NCBI GenBank assembly: GCA_965217185.1
Contig: OZ244252.1
Span: 1,024,001 to 1,088,000 of the forward strand
Direction: 5' to 3'
Source of the DNA: an uncultured Candidatus Entotheonella sp.
GTDB taxonomy: Bacteria > Tectomicrobia > Entotheonellia > Entotheonellales > Entotheonellaceae
DNA: 64,000 nucleotides
The notes under the pieces were generated by a model that did not search any database, had not been told where the DNA came from, and worked only from the letters and a program-made list of their open reading frames with translations. The first letter of the stretch is position 1; each line of letters opens with the position of its first letter. Below are positions 9,266-19,800 of this stretch, one piece after another. The position numbers were made by a program, and so were the translations under genes.

Positions 9266-10018
9266 GTGGAACAACAACGCGGCACCATCATGTACATCGA
9301 GGACATCACCGTCACGTTCGACGGCTTCCAGGCGCTGAAGGAAGTCGATTTCTACGTCGATCATGGCGAACTGCGCGCCTTGATCGGTCCCAACGGCGCC
9401 GGCAAGACGACCCTGCTTGACGTCATCTGCGGCAGGGCCAGACCGGACACCGGGCGCGTCATCTTCGGCCAGCGAACCGATCTCAGCAAGCTTGAGGAGC
9501 ACGAGATCACCATGCTGGGCATCGGGCGCAAATTTCAGACTCCCACCTTGTTCAAGAACCTCACGCTCATCGACAATCTGACCCTCGCCCTGCGCTACCG
9601 CCGCGACGTGATAGCGACCTTGTTCGGCGCCTTGAACCGTAGCCATACGGACAAAATTTATTCGACCTTGCAGACCCTGGGGCTGGAACAAAAGGCCGAG
9701 AACCAAGCCGGAGCGCTGTCGCACGGCGAGATGCAATGGCTGGAGATCGGCATGGTCATGGTGCAGGAGCCGGCCCTTTTTCTGCTGGACGAGCCGGTCG
9801 CCGGCATGACCCGGGAGGAACGCGAGAAGACCGGCGGGATTCTGCAGGACCTGGCCAAGGAGCATGCGGTGCTGGTGGTTGAACACGACATGGAATTCGT
9901 GCGCCAGACGGCCCACCGGGTGACGGTTTTGCACGAAGGCCGGATTCTCTGCGAGGGCTCGGTGGCGCACGTGCAACGCGATCCCCGGGTCGTCGAAGTT
10001 TATCTGGGGAGGGGGTAG
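9266..10018 (+). CDS. urtD: Urea ABC transporter ATP-binding protein
   Basis: GPNGAGKTT, GIGRKFQTP, LSHGEMQWLEIGM, LLDEPVAGM. Confidence 0.93.
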   Translation: MEQQRGTIMYIEDITVTFDGFQALKEVDFYVDHGELRALIGPNGAGKTTLLDVICGRARPDTGRVIFGQRTDLSKLEEHEITMLGIGRKFQTPTLFKNLTLIDNLTLALRYRRDVIATLFGALNRSHTDKIYSTLQTLGLEQKAENQAGALSHGEMQWLEIGMVMVQEPALFLLDEPVAGMTREEREKTGGILQDLAKEHAVLVVEHDMEFVRQTAHRVTVLHEGRILCEGSVAHVQRDPRVVEVYLGRG

Positions 10019-10024
10019 CCGGCG

Positions 10025-10720
10025 ATGCTTACCATCCACGACCTGGGCGTGAGCTACGGCGAAAGCCAGGTGCTCTGGGACGTCGACCTGCACGTTCCGG
10101 CCGGCCAGGTCGTCTGCCTCATGGGGCGCAACGGTGTCGGCAAAACCACCTTGCTGAAGAGCGTCATGGGTCTCCTGAGGCCCCGCTCCGGCGTCATTAC
10201 GTTCCAGGACAAGCCGCTCACCGCGCTGTCAACCGACCGCCGCGCCCGCCAGGGCATCGGCTACGTGCCGCAGGGCCGCGAAATTTTCCCCGACATGACC
10301 GTCCTGGAGAATCTTCGCATCGGCCTCCTCGCCCAAGGCTTGCCCACTGCCACCATCCCGGACGACATTTTCGAACTGTTCCCCGTCCTGCAAACCATGC
10401 TGAACCGCAAGGGCGGCTACCTCAGCGGCGGCCAGCAACAGCAATTGGCCATTGCCCGCGTCCTCGTCACCCGCCCCCAACTCCTCCTCCTCGACGAGCC
10501 CACCGAGGGCATCCAGCCCTCCATCATCCTGGAGATCGAAGCCATCATCCAGCGCCTCAAAGAAGCCGGCAACATGGCGATTCTACTCGTCGAACAATAT
10601 GTCGACTTCGCCAGCCGCCTCGCCGATCACGTCTACGTCATGGAGCAAGGCAGCATCGTCCTGGAAGGCAAGCTCGAAGACATGTCGGACGCGGATCTCA
10701 AGCGCTACTTGGCGTTTTGA
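10025..10720 (+). CDS. urtE: Urea ABC transporter ATP-binding protein
   Basis: GRNGVGKTT, YVPQGREIFP, LSGGQQQQLAIAR, LDEPTEGIQPSI. Confidence 0.93.
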   Translation: MLTIHDLGVSYGESQVLWDVDLHVPAGQVVCLMGRNGVGKTTLLKSVMGLLRPRSGVITFQDKPLTALSTDRRARQGIGYVPQGREIFPDMTVLENLRIGLLAQGLPTATIPDDIFELFPVLQTMLNRKGGYLSGGQQQQLAIARVLVTRPQLLLLDEPTEGIQPSIILEIEAIIQRLKEAGNMAILLVEQYVDFASRLADHVYVMEQGSIVLEGKLEDMSDADLKRYLAF

Positions 10721-10839
10721 GCCGGGCAGCCGGATCCCCTAGGACCATGTCCTACTGAAAATAGTCCGCCAATATCCCGAATCGTCATTTGAGCTTGACC
10801 CGGAATCCAGTGGTGATTCCGGCAGTCGGTTGGCGCTTG

Positions 10840-10877
10840 ATTACTGTATTGATTATTTTTACTCAATACAGTAATTT
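10840..10877 (+). promoter_or_regulatory. Perfect 13-bp inverted repeat (operator) overlapping a sigma70-like promoter
   Basis: ATTACTGTATTGA-N10-TCAATACAGTAAT; TTGATT(10849)-N17-TAATTT(10872) just upstream of ATG 10884. Confidence 0.6.
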
Positions 10878-10883
10878 TCCGTC

Positions 10884-12137
10884 ATGAACGCCTTTCAACG
10901 CCCACAGGTCAACAACCTTGTTCAGCGGCTGGCCGAAGTGCCACACCACATCATCGCCCTGTTCGGTCCGCGCCAGACCGGCAAGACGACCATCGTGCGC
11001 CAAGTCCTGCGGCAGGTCGACCTCGAAAGCCGATACTTGGCCGTCGATGAACCTGACACTTCCCTATTCCGCGCTCCGCCTGCTGTCGCCGAGGCGACCT
11101 TCCCTCTATCGCAAGAGCGAAACACCGATTGGCTGGTGCGTAGCTGGCAACAGGCCAGGATTGACGCGGAACAGTCACTGCATGGATTCGTGCTGGTGTT
11201 CGACGAGATTCAGAAGATCCCGAACTGGTCGGAAACCGTCAAGGGCTTGTGGGACGCCGACCGTGCCAGGGATTGTCCTTTGCACGTGGTTATTCTGGGC
11301 TCGGCCCCGCTGCTCATGCAGGCGGGATTGAGCGAGAGCCTAGCCGGCCGCTTCGAGCCTATCCACGTCGCGCATTGGTCGTTCAAGGAAATGTCCGAAG
11401 CCTTCGATTTTGACTTGCCGACATACCTCTATTTCGGCGGCTATCCGGGTGCGGCCCGCACTATTCGAGACCCGGAGCGCTGGCGCGCCTACATCCTCGG
11501 CGCGCTCGTCGAGCCGAACATTGAGCGCGACATCCTGTCGATGACCCGCGTCGACAAGCCGGCACTGCTGAAACGACTCTTTGAACTGGGCGCGGCCCAT
11601 TCCGGGCAAATCCTGTCGTATACCAAAATGCTGGGCCATCTCCAGGACGCCGGCAACACCACGACCCTGGCGCGCTATCTCGACCTGCTCGCCAGCGCCG
11701 GCCTGCTCGTCGGGCTGCCGAAGTACGCCAATCAGCCGCAGCGGCGCCGTGCTTCAAGCCCCAAGCTCAACGTGCTCAATACCGCTCTGATGACGGCCGG
11801 CTCTGGCTATTCCTTCGCTGAGGCGCAGGCCGACCGCAGCCTCTGGGGCCACATCGTCGAAAGCGCGGTCGGTGCGCACCTGCTTAACACCGCGGCGTCC
11901 GACGTCCGCCTCTATTACTGGCGGGACGGGCCGCTCGAGGTTGATTTCGTCCTACGGCGAGGTCCCCGGGTCGTCGCCATCGAAGTCAAGAGCGGTGCAA
12001 GGCGGTCGGCCTTGCGAGGCATGGATGAGTTTGAACGGCGTTTTAATCCCCATCGTTCGCTTCTGGTTGGAGAAGGCGGCGTACCGCTCAACGAGTTTCT
12101 CACGGTGCCCGCCCATCACTGGTTTGAGGAAACATGA
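10884..12137 (+). CDS. AAA_14 / DUF4143-type ATPase with C-terminal PD-(D/E)xK-like motif
   Basis: GPRQTGKTT, FDEIQKIPNW, LGSA, FGGYPG, C-terminal EVDFV...AIEVKSG. Confidence 0.85.
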   Translation: MNAFQRPQVNNLVQRLAEVPHHIIALFGPRQTGKTTIVRQVLRQVDLESRYLAVDEPDTSLFRAPPAVAEATFPLSQERNTDWLVRSWQQARIDAEQSLHGFVLVFDEIQKIPNWSETVKGLWDADRARDCPLHVVILGSAPLLMQAGLSESLAGRFEPIHVAHWSFKEMSEAFDFDLPTYLYFGGYPGAARTIRDPERWRAYILGALVEPNIERDILSMTRVDKPALLKRLFELGAAHSGQILSYTKMLGHLQDAGNTTTLARYLDLLASAGLLVGLPKYANQPQRRRASSPKLNVLNTALMTAGSGYSFAEAQADRSLWGHIVESAVGAHLLNTAASDVRLYYWRDGPLEVDFVLRRGPRVVAIEVKSGARRSALRGMDEFERRFNPHRSLLVGEGGVPLNEFLTVPAHHWFEET

Positions 12138-15100
12138 GCATGATCGTGCCCCGAACCTGCACCGAGATTTCGGCGGGGGATGCAGATCAGTATCAAGACA
12201 AGGCGTCCCAGCCCCTCGAAGCCTTCCGGGATACGCCGGTCTATGTGCTGCTCGGCGACCCCGGCGCCGGCAAGACGACGGCATTTGAGGCCGAGTGCAA
12301 GGCACTCGGGGAACAAGCTTGCCCGATTACCGCCCGCGACTTCCTGACTTTTGACCCGCAGCACCATCCCGAATGGCGCGACAAGACGCTCTTTATCGAC
12401 GGATTGGATGAGGTTCGGGCCGGGTCGTCCGACGCGCGCACGCCGTTCGATGCGATTCGCGGGCGCCTCGACGCCCTGGGGAAACCACGCTTTCGCCTCT
12501 CGTGCCGGGAAGCGGACTGGTTGGGGGCCAATGATCGGGAGCATTTGGAAGCTGTCTCGCCGGATGCCAAGGTGACGGTCCTGCGGCTCGATCCCCTGAC
12601 GGACTCGAACATTGAAAAATTGTTGGAGACCCACCCGCACGTTGACGATGCCAAAGCGTTTATCGCGGAGGCAAACAAGCGAGGGATTGGCGATCTGCTC
12701 AGGAATCCCCAGACCCTCGATTTGCTTGCCAAGGCGGTTGCTGGCGGTGACTGGCCGGAAAGCCGCAAAGAGACCTTCGAAATGGCATGTGGTCAGATGG
12801 TCCGCGATCCCAACAAGGGGCATCAAACAGCGAGTGCATCAACCGATCTACGTACGCCCGCTCAGCTTCTCGACGCCGCCGGGCGTCTCTGCACCGTTCA
12901 TTTGATCGCGGGGAAGGCCGGGTACACGCTGCACGGCGAGCCGGACCACGAGGATGAGTACCCCACTTTGGACTCGTTCGGGGACAGCCACCCTGACAGG
13001 CTCCAGCTTGCATTCGGCACCATGCTGTTCAAGGGAATTTCCGAATCCGATAATCGTTTCACCCCAATTCACCGCCACATCGCCGAATTTCTCGGCGCCC
13101 GACACCTCGCCCGAGTCATCCATGACGGGCTTCCCGCTCGGCGTGTCATTGCGCTAATGACGGGAGAAGATGGAGCCGTGGTGACAGAAATGAGGGGCTT
13201 GTCCGCTTGGCTCGCAGCCCATTGTCAAGAAGCCCGAACAGACCTCATCCAGCGGGACCCTATCGGTGTCGGGTCGTATGGCGATATCCGAGAATTCTCG
13301 TTCGACGAGAAACGTAAGTTCTTGAAGTCTCTGAAACGTGAGGGAACTCGACTTGATTTCATGGGGGAAACAGCCACGGTTTTTGGACAACTCGTCACGC
13401 CTGACTTGGAATCTGCGTTCAAGGAAATCCTGAATGACGGCAACCGTGACCATGACCACCAAGCATTAATCCATTTTATTCTGCGTGTTCTGAAACAAGC
13501 CACGCCATTACCAAGCGTTTCGGAAATCCTACTCAAAATCATCCGCGACGACACATGGCGGCCGCACGTCAATTATGCCGCTCTTAATGCCTTCATCCAC
13601 AATTGCCCGGACAGCCAGGACAAAACGAGCAAGCTCAAAGCGCTGCTGGCCGATATTCACACCGGAAGCCTTCCCGACGTCGACAACGGGCTTCTCGGAA
13701 CCTTGCTGACCCGACTTTACCCGAATGTTCTGTCTCCGTTGGCAGTGTGGGACTACCTTTCGGAGAAAGGGGACCCGCGACTCTCTGAAAGATACCGGCG
13801 ATTCTGGGATAGCGGACTTGTTGAGAAATCCTCAGATGAACAGATTGCCGAACTCCTCGATAATCTGAAGGATCGGCTCCCCAGCTTACAATCTGCTTTG
13901 CGTGCCCACAGATTGGACGGCCTTCCCTTGAAGCTCCTGGCTCGCGGTCTAGAGGTACATGGAGACCTGATAACACCGGGGCGGCTTTACGGCTGGCTCA
14001 GCGTAGGTTCGTCATGGGATCGGGACTCGCGGATCTCACGGCATGGGGCCAAACCGATTCGCCACATACGGGCATGGCTGGAGCAACGCCCCGATATACA
14101 AAAGGCCATCATTCTGGAGGGGCTAAACCGATGCCCAGACTCCGACGAATTTGTATCTCATGCACGTAACGTCTACAGGCACTTGTACGGTTCCGGCCGA
14201 CCATCCGATTTCGGTCGTTGGCGCCTGGAGCAGGCCGTTGCCAATGCGGACATGAGCCCCAGAGTTGCGAAATATCTGTTCAAAGAGGCTTTCTACCAGG
14301 GTCTGTCGCTCGACATCCTGCGTGAACACGCGCAGAAGAACGCGACGTTAAAGCCCTGCATGGACCAACTACTTGCACGTCAGGCGCGTGGAGAACAGGA
14401 GGAGTTGAAATCCCACCAGAGGCCAAGAACCTTCACGGAGGAGTACCAGCAGTGGGAAGAAAAATGGCTCGCCCGTGTGCGCTCGAATGAAGCGGCGCTA
14501 CGCGAAAACCGTGCTTCGCCGGACCTGCTTTATGAGTTGGCCAAGGTGTATTTTGAGTCCAAAGAGGACGCGTTAGAGAGCGCCCTGCATAAGAACCGAG
14601 CCGCTATCATCTTTCATCAATATAGGCGCTTCGAACTCGAACGATTACGCCGCGACAGCGATACTTGGTTGAAGGATGTAGAAGCCTCACTCGGGGGCGG
14701 TGACCGTCGGTTGAGCGATGCAGCGCTTCAGGGCCTTCGAGGCACCATCGACCGGAAGGACGTTCCGGATGTTGACGAGATTGTCGATCTCAGATCAAAA
14801 GAGCGGATGCACTACCTTGGCTGGCCTTATCTGGCGGGCTTGGAGGAGATCGAAAGGACGGCGCCGGAAGAAGATGCAGCCCGATGGAACGACGCCCGGA
14901 TTCGCAAGGGGCTTGCCTTTTATCACTGCGATCCCCCCACCAATGATCCCCCCAAATGGTATCATCAGTTGCTTGCAGCGCGGCCAGAGATTGTCGCCGA
15001 GGTACAGGTGCAAGTCGCCGCTTCCGAGCTCCGCAGGGGTCGTGAGCATGTTTCCAAGCTTGCAGAGCTTGCGCACGACTCCGACTATTCGCAAGTTGCC

Positions 15101-16267
15101 AAACATCCAAGCCTGCCCCTGCTCCGAGCCTTTCCGACTCGCTGCAAGCTGAAGCAGATCGAAAACCTGGATTGTCTGCTTTGGGCCGCGCTGCAATATG
15201 CCGACAGGGCCTCTCTGCGGGAACTGATCGACAGGAAGCTATCCCGGCGGAGTATGAATGACGACCAGCGCGTGTATTGGTTGGCGGCGGGCATCATCGT
15301 TTCACCAGGGAAGTACAACGATCGCCTGAGAGATTTTGTGCAGGGTCGAGAAGGCCGAATTCGGCAATTGGTGAGATTCTTCTACCATGATGGTCGTGCA
15401 CGACCTTCGTTCTCTGAGTTAGGGGTTGAGGTCTCGAAATTACTTATCCGTCTTGTTGGAGGTTGCGCCGGGCCTGTGATGATTATGAAGGGATGGGTGA
15501 CGCCTGCCATGGAAGCCTCTCTCCTTGTCCATGAGCTGATACAACCCCTCGCCGCTTCTCCTGGCAAGGACGCTAGCAAGGCGCTGGACTCGCTCCTTAA
15601 AGACCCGGCACTCTCCGCTTGGCGCGACGTGCTATCCCATGCCCAAGATACCCAACGCATCATTCGCCGCGACGCCGACTATCGCCACCCCACTATCGAA
15701 CAGGTCTGCCAAACCCTGAAGGGCGGTACACCGGCCAACCCCGGCGACCTTGCGGCCCTCGTGATGGACCGGCTGGGTGAGCTTGCCGTACAGATCCGAA
15801 CCGGCAATACCGACGACTGGCGCCAGTACTGGGATGGACTGCGTGGACAATCGCCGGTCCTTGGGCACGAGGAGGACTGCCGGGATGCCCTGCTTTCGGA
15901 CCTGCGACAGCGTCTCCCACAGGGCGTCGACGCTCAGCCCGAGGGTCACTACGCCAACAACAAGCGAGCCGACATACGTGTCTTTTACGGGGGTTTTCAG
16001 GTGCCGGTTGAAATCAAAAAGAATACGCACCGAGATTTGTGGAGTGCGCTTCGAAACCAGTTGATGGCCAAATACACAAGCGCCCCGGAAACCGACGGAT
16101 ACGGCATCTACCTAGTGTTCTGGTTTGGCAAGCAATACACACAAGCCCCACCTTCTGGCCAGCGCCCGGCAGACGCCGAAGAGTTGAAAGAGCGGCTGGA
16201 AGCGACGCTGTCAGCAGACGAAGCGCGTAAAATCTCGGTCTGCGTCATCGACGTATGCAAGCCGTGA
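12134..16267 (+). CDS. NACHT/STAND NTPase with C-terminal restriction-endonuclease-like domain (NLR-related, Avs-like defence protein)
   Basis: LLGDPGAGKTT, LFIDGLDE, LSCR, NPQTL; long helical middle; C-terminal RADIRV...VEIKK...QL...Y...GIYLVFWFG. Confidence 0.75.
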   Translation: MSMIVPRTCTEISAGDADQYQDKASQPLEAFRDTPVYVLLGDPGAGKTTAFEAECKALGEQACPITARDFLTFDPQHHPEWRDKTLFIDGLDEVRAGSSDARTPFDAIRGRLDALGKPRFRLSCREADWLGANDREHLEAVSPDAKVTVLRLDPLTDSNIEKLLETHPHVDDAKAFIAEANKRGIGDLLRNPQTLDLLAKAVAGGDWPESRKETFEMACGQMVRDPNKGHQTASASTDLRTPAQLLDAAGRLCTVHLIAGKAGYTLHGEPDHEDEYPTLDSFGDSHPDRLQLAFGTMLFKGISESDNRFTPIHRHIAEFLGARHLARVIHDGLPARRVIALMTGEDGAVVTEMRGLSAWLAAHCQEARTDLIQRDPIGVGSYGDIREFSFDEKRKFLKSLKREGTRLDFMGETATVFGQLVTPDLESAFKEILNDGNRDHDHQALIHFILRVLKQATPLPSVSEILLKIIRDDTWRPHVNYAALNAFIHNCPDSQDKTSKLKALLADIHTGSLPDVDNGLLGTLLTRLYPNVLSPLAVWDYLSEKGDPRLSERYRRFWDSGLVEKSSDEQIAELLDNLKDRLPSLQSALRAHRLDGLPLKLLARGLEVHGDLITPGRLYGWLSVGSSWDRDSRISRHGAKPIRHIRAWLEQRPDIQKAIILEGLNRCPDSDEFVSHARNVYRHLYGSGRPSDFGRWRLEQAVANADMSPRVAKYLFKEAFYQGLSLDILREHAQKNATLKPCMDQLLARQARGEQEELKSHQRPRTFTEEYQQWEEKWLARVRSNEAALRENRASPDLLYELAKVYFESKEDALESALHKNRAAIIFHQYRRFELERLRRDSDTWLKDVEASLGGGDRRLSDAALQGLRGTIDRKDVPDVDEIVDLRSKERMHYLGWPYLAGLEEIERTAPEEDAARWNDARIRKGLAFYHCDPPTNDPPKWYHQLLAARPEIVAEVQVQVAASELRRGREHVSKLAELAHDSDYSQVAKHPSLPLLRAFPTRCKLKQIENLDCLLWAALQYADRASLRELIDRKLSRRSMNDDQRVYWLAAGIIVSPGKYNDRLRDFVQGREGRIRQLVRFFYHDGRARPSFSELGVEVSKLLIRLVGGCAGPVMIMKGWVTPAMEASLLVHELIQPLAASPGKDASKALDSLLKDPALSAWRDVLSHAQDTQRIIRRDADYRHPTIEQVCQTLKGGTPANPGDLAALVMDRLGELAVQIRTGNTDDWRQYWDGLRGQSPVLGHEEDCRDALLSDLRQRLPQGVDAQPEGHYANNKRADIRVFYGGFQVPVEIKKNTHRDLWSALRNQLMAKYTSAPETDGYGIYLVFWFGKQYTQAPPSGQRPADAEELKERLEATLSADEARKISVCVIDVCKP

Positions 16268-16341
16268 CGGGCAGCGTGAGAAGATATTGCCATAAGTCGA
16301 TGTGCATAAATATATGTATTAAGATACACTGAAAGACGGGT

Positions 16342-16620
16342 ATGGACTTTGAGTGGGATGCTGAAAAAGACGCCATCAACCAAGCCACGCACACTGTCTC
16401 ATTTGCTGAGGCTCAGTTTGCATTTGTGGATCCGCGTCGCCTTATCGCTCTCGACCACAGGCACAGCACCCCACGAGAAACGCGATATTTTTGTTTCGGC
16501 AAAGTCGAGGGCCGGGTGTTGACAGTCCGTTTCACGTATCGAGAAGGCCGCATTCGCATTTTTGGCGCTGGGTACTGGCGCGAAGGAAGGAAGCGTTATG
16601 AGCAACGAGAAGAGATATGA
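16342..16620 (+). CDS. brnT: BrnT family toxin
   Basis: MDFEWDAEKDAINQATHTVSFAEA...VLTVRFTYREGRIRIFGAGYWR. Confidence 0.85.
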   Translation: MDFEWDAEKDAINQATHTVSFAEAQFAFVDPRRLIALDHRHSTPRETRYFCFGKVEGRVLTVRFTYREGRIRIFGAGYWREGRKRYEQREEI

Positions 16621-16855
16621 GAGCGCACCTGTCGATATTGCAAAAGCTATTGAACAGGCGGAAGTGATCCCGGATTTCCTGCCATCACCCGACCAACTCG
16701 TTCTCAAGGAGGAGACGGTGCGGGTAACGCTTAATCTTAACCGCAGAAGCGTTGATTTCTTCAAAATGAAAGCTCGGGAGAATGGCGTCCCCTATCAGGG
16801 CATGATCCGAAAAATTCTGGATCTTTACGCTTCGCAATTCCTGCATCGTCCGTGA
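16598..16855 (+). CDS. BrnA/CopG-type antitoxin
   Basis: DFLPSPDQL...TVRVTLNL...VDFFK...VPYQGMIRKILD; overlaps the brnT stop. Confidence 0.8.
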   Translation: MSNEKRYESAPVDIAKAIEQAEVIPDFLPSPDQLVLKEETVRVTLNLNRRSVDFFKMKARENGVPYQGMIRKILDLYASQFLHRP

Positions 16856-16878
16856 AGCGACAGGGATAAAAGCCCCAC

Positions 16879-19800
16879 ATGCCCGGCCAATTGTTCACCC
16901 AGTATTTCCTCACCGACGGCATCCGGCACACCCCTGAATGGCGGGCATCAGTCGAGCGCCCGCAAGCCTTCCGCGAGTTTGCCGACGCCGTGGCGAAGCG
17001 CTTCGAGGCGTTCAGCCGCTACGACAGCCCCAACGAATCGGTCACCGAGCAGGACCTGATCCGCCCTGTCCTGGCGTTGCTCGGCTGGGTTCACAACCTG
17101 CCGCAGCAGGGCGCCGCGCGCAACGAAGACATCCCCGACCATTTGCTGTTTGCCGACGCCGAATCCAAGGCCCGCGCCGCCAGCCGCGGCAACTCCGAAG
17201 AACGCTACCGGGACGCTCTGCTGATTGAAGAGAGCAAGCGGCTCGGCCTGCCCCTCGACACCCGCGATGCCACCGACAAGGCCCGGTCGGGCACGCCGCA
17301 CGGGCAAATCCGCCGATACCTGTCTACCGCCGATAGCGTCACCGACGGGCGCCTGCGCTGGGGCATCCTGACCAACGGCGGCGTTTGGCGGCTGTATGAC
17401 ACCCGCGCCCGGCCGCGCGCCAGCGGCTACTACGAGGCCGACCTGACGGCCCTGCTGCGATCCGGCAACGAAGACGCCCTCCGCACGTTCTACCTGCTGT
17501 TCCGCCGGGATTCCTTCAACCTGCGGGATGGGGCGCAGGCCCCCTTCCTGGAAACCGCGCTCGCTGAGGGGCGCCGCTACGAGGAGCAAGTCGCGCGCGA
17601 CCTCTCGAACGTCGTGTTCGACACCGTGTTCCCGGGGCTTGTGACCGCCCTCGCCCGGCAATCGACGCGAGACTTGTCGGAAATCCGCGACGCGGCGCTG
17701 ATCTTTCTGTACCGGCTGCTGTTCGTGCTGTACGCCGAAGACCGCGGGCTGCTCCCCGTCAACGATCCGCGCTATGACGACTATGGCCTGCGCAAACGGG
17801 TGCGCGACGACATCGCGCGGCGAACCCAAGACGGCGACACCTTCTCCGCCCACGCCGCCAGCTACTACAACCATCTGACAACGCTGTTCACCCTCATCGA
17901 CAAAGGCGACGCCTCCATCGGCCTGCCCCCATACAACGGCGGCTTGTTTGCGCCCGCGTCCGCCCCGATGCTGGAAACCGCTCGCCTGCCGGACGACGCC
18001 GTCGCGCCCATCATCCACGCCATGAGCCACCGCGAGTCCCATTTCGTCAACTACCGCGACATGTCCGTGCAACAGCTCGGCTCGATCTACGAACGCTTGC
18101 TTGAACGCGAGCCGGTGCGCGGCGCCGACGGCCCCTCGAAGGTGTCCATCCGGCCCAACGCCTACGCCCGCAAGGACAGCGGCAGTTTCTATACGCCCCA
18201 GGAACTCGTCGATCTGATCGTGGACCGCACCCTCAAGCCCTTGGCGGAGGAACGGCTCAAGGCCTTCGAGGACAAGGCCGCGGCGCTGCAAAACGACCGC
18301 CGCCCCAAGGCGGAACGGCACGCCGAACTCCGCAAGCTTGATCCGGCCGAGGCGGTTCTGGACCTCAAGGTTCTTGACCCGGCGATGGGCAGCGGCCATT
18401 TCCTGGTCACCGCGGTGGATTTCCTGTCGGACTACATCTCCGAATTGATCGAGTACGTGCCCGCGGTCCCGGCGTGGCTGAACGGCGCCTACGCCTCGCC
18501 CCTGGTGCAGCGCATCGAACGCATCCGACACGACCTCCTGCACCGCGCCGCGGCGTCCAACTGGATCATCGACGAAGCCCAATTGACGGATCAGGCCATC
18601 ATTCGCCGCATGGTGCTCAAGCGCTGCATCTACGGCGTCGACAAAAACCGCCTGACCGTGGAACTGGCCAAGGTGTCGCTGTGGCTGCACAGCTTCACGG
18701 TGGGCGCGCCGCTGTCCTTTCTGGACCACCACCTGCGGGTTGGCGACTCGCTCATCGGGGTGCGGGTACAGGACGCCACGGGCGAGCTGCACCGGCTCGG
18801 CGGCCTGTTCGCCGGTTCCGCCATCGCCGGCGCCGAGACCGCCACCGCGGGGATGCAGCGCATCGAGGCGATGTCCGACGCCGACGTGGCCGAGGTGCGG
18901 GAATCGGCGTCGCTGTTCGCGCGGGTGGAGGAAACCACTGCCGACCTGCGTGGCCTGCTCGATTTTTTCTGTGGCTGGCGGTGGATGACGGCCGGCATGA
19001 AGGCGCGGGAGAAAGACCGCGCGGAAGGTCAACTGGTGGCCGCCTTGCGGGACGATGCCTACCGCCTGCTGGCTCGTGGTCCGGAGCACCCGGACTGCCC
19101 GCCCCAAGCCGACGCCGCGGCCTGGGCGCAGTTTGCCGAGTTGTGGCGCAATGCCCGCGCCATTGCCGACCGCGAAGGCTTCCTGCACTGGGAGGCTGCT
19201 TTTCCCGGCGTCTGGCAGCACTGGCAAAACGTCCGGCCGGAAGGCGGTTTCGACGCCGTCATCGGCAATCCGCCGTGGGACCGTATCAAGCTGCAGGAAG
19301 TCGAGTGGTTCGCCACCCGCGCCCCCGATCTGGCACTGGCGCCCACCGCGGCGGCGCGGCGCAAAGGCATCCAGCGGCTGCGCGACGCGGGCGACCCGCT
19401 GGCCGGCGCGTTCGACGACGCCAAGGCGCGCGCCGATAGCCTGGGCCAACTGGTGCGGGTGTCCGGCGATTATCCCCTCCTCGGCGGCGGCGACATCAAC
19501 CTGTATTCGCTGTTCGTCGAGCGGGCCATGCACCTGGTCAAGCCCGACGGTCTGGTGGGCCTGCTGACGCCGTCGGGCATCTGCGCCGACAAGACGGCGG
19601 CCGATTTCTTCAAGTCCGTGTCCACGAGCGGGCGATTGGCCGGCCTGTTCGACTTCGAGAACAGGAAAATCTTCTTCAAGGACGTCCATGCTTCGTTCAA
19701 GTTCTGCGCCCTGATCTTCGGCGGCGAAGCGCGGTGCTTCAACGAGACGCGCTGCGCGTTTTTCCTGCACGACACGGCCGAGATTGACGACCCGGACCGC

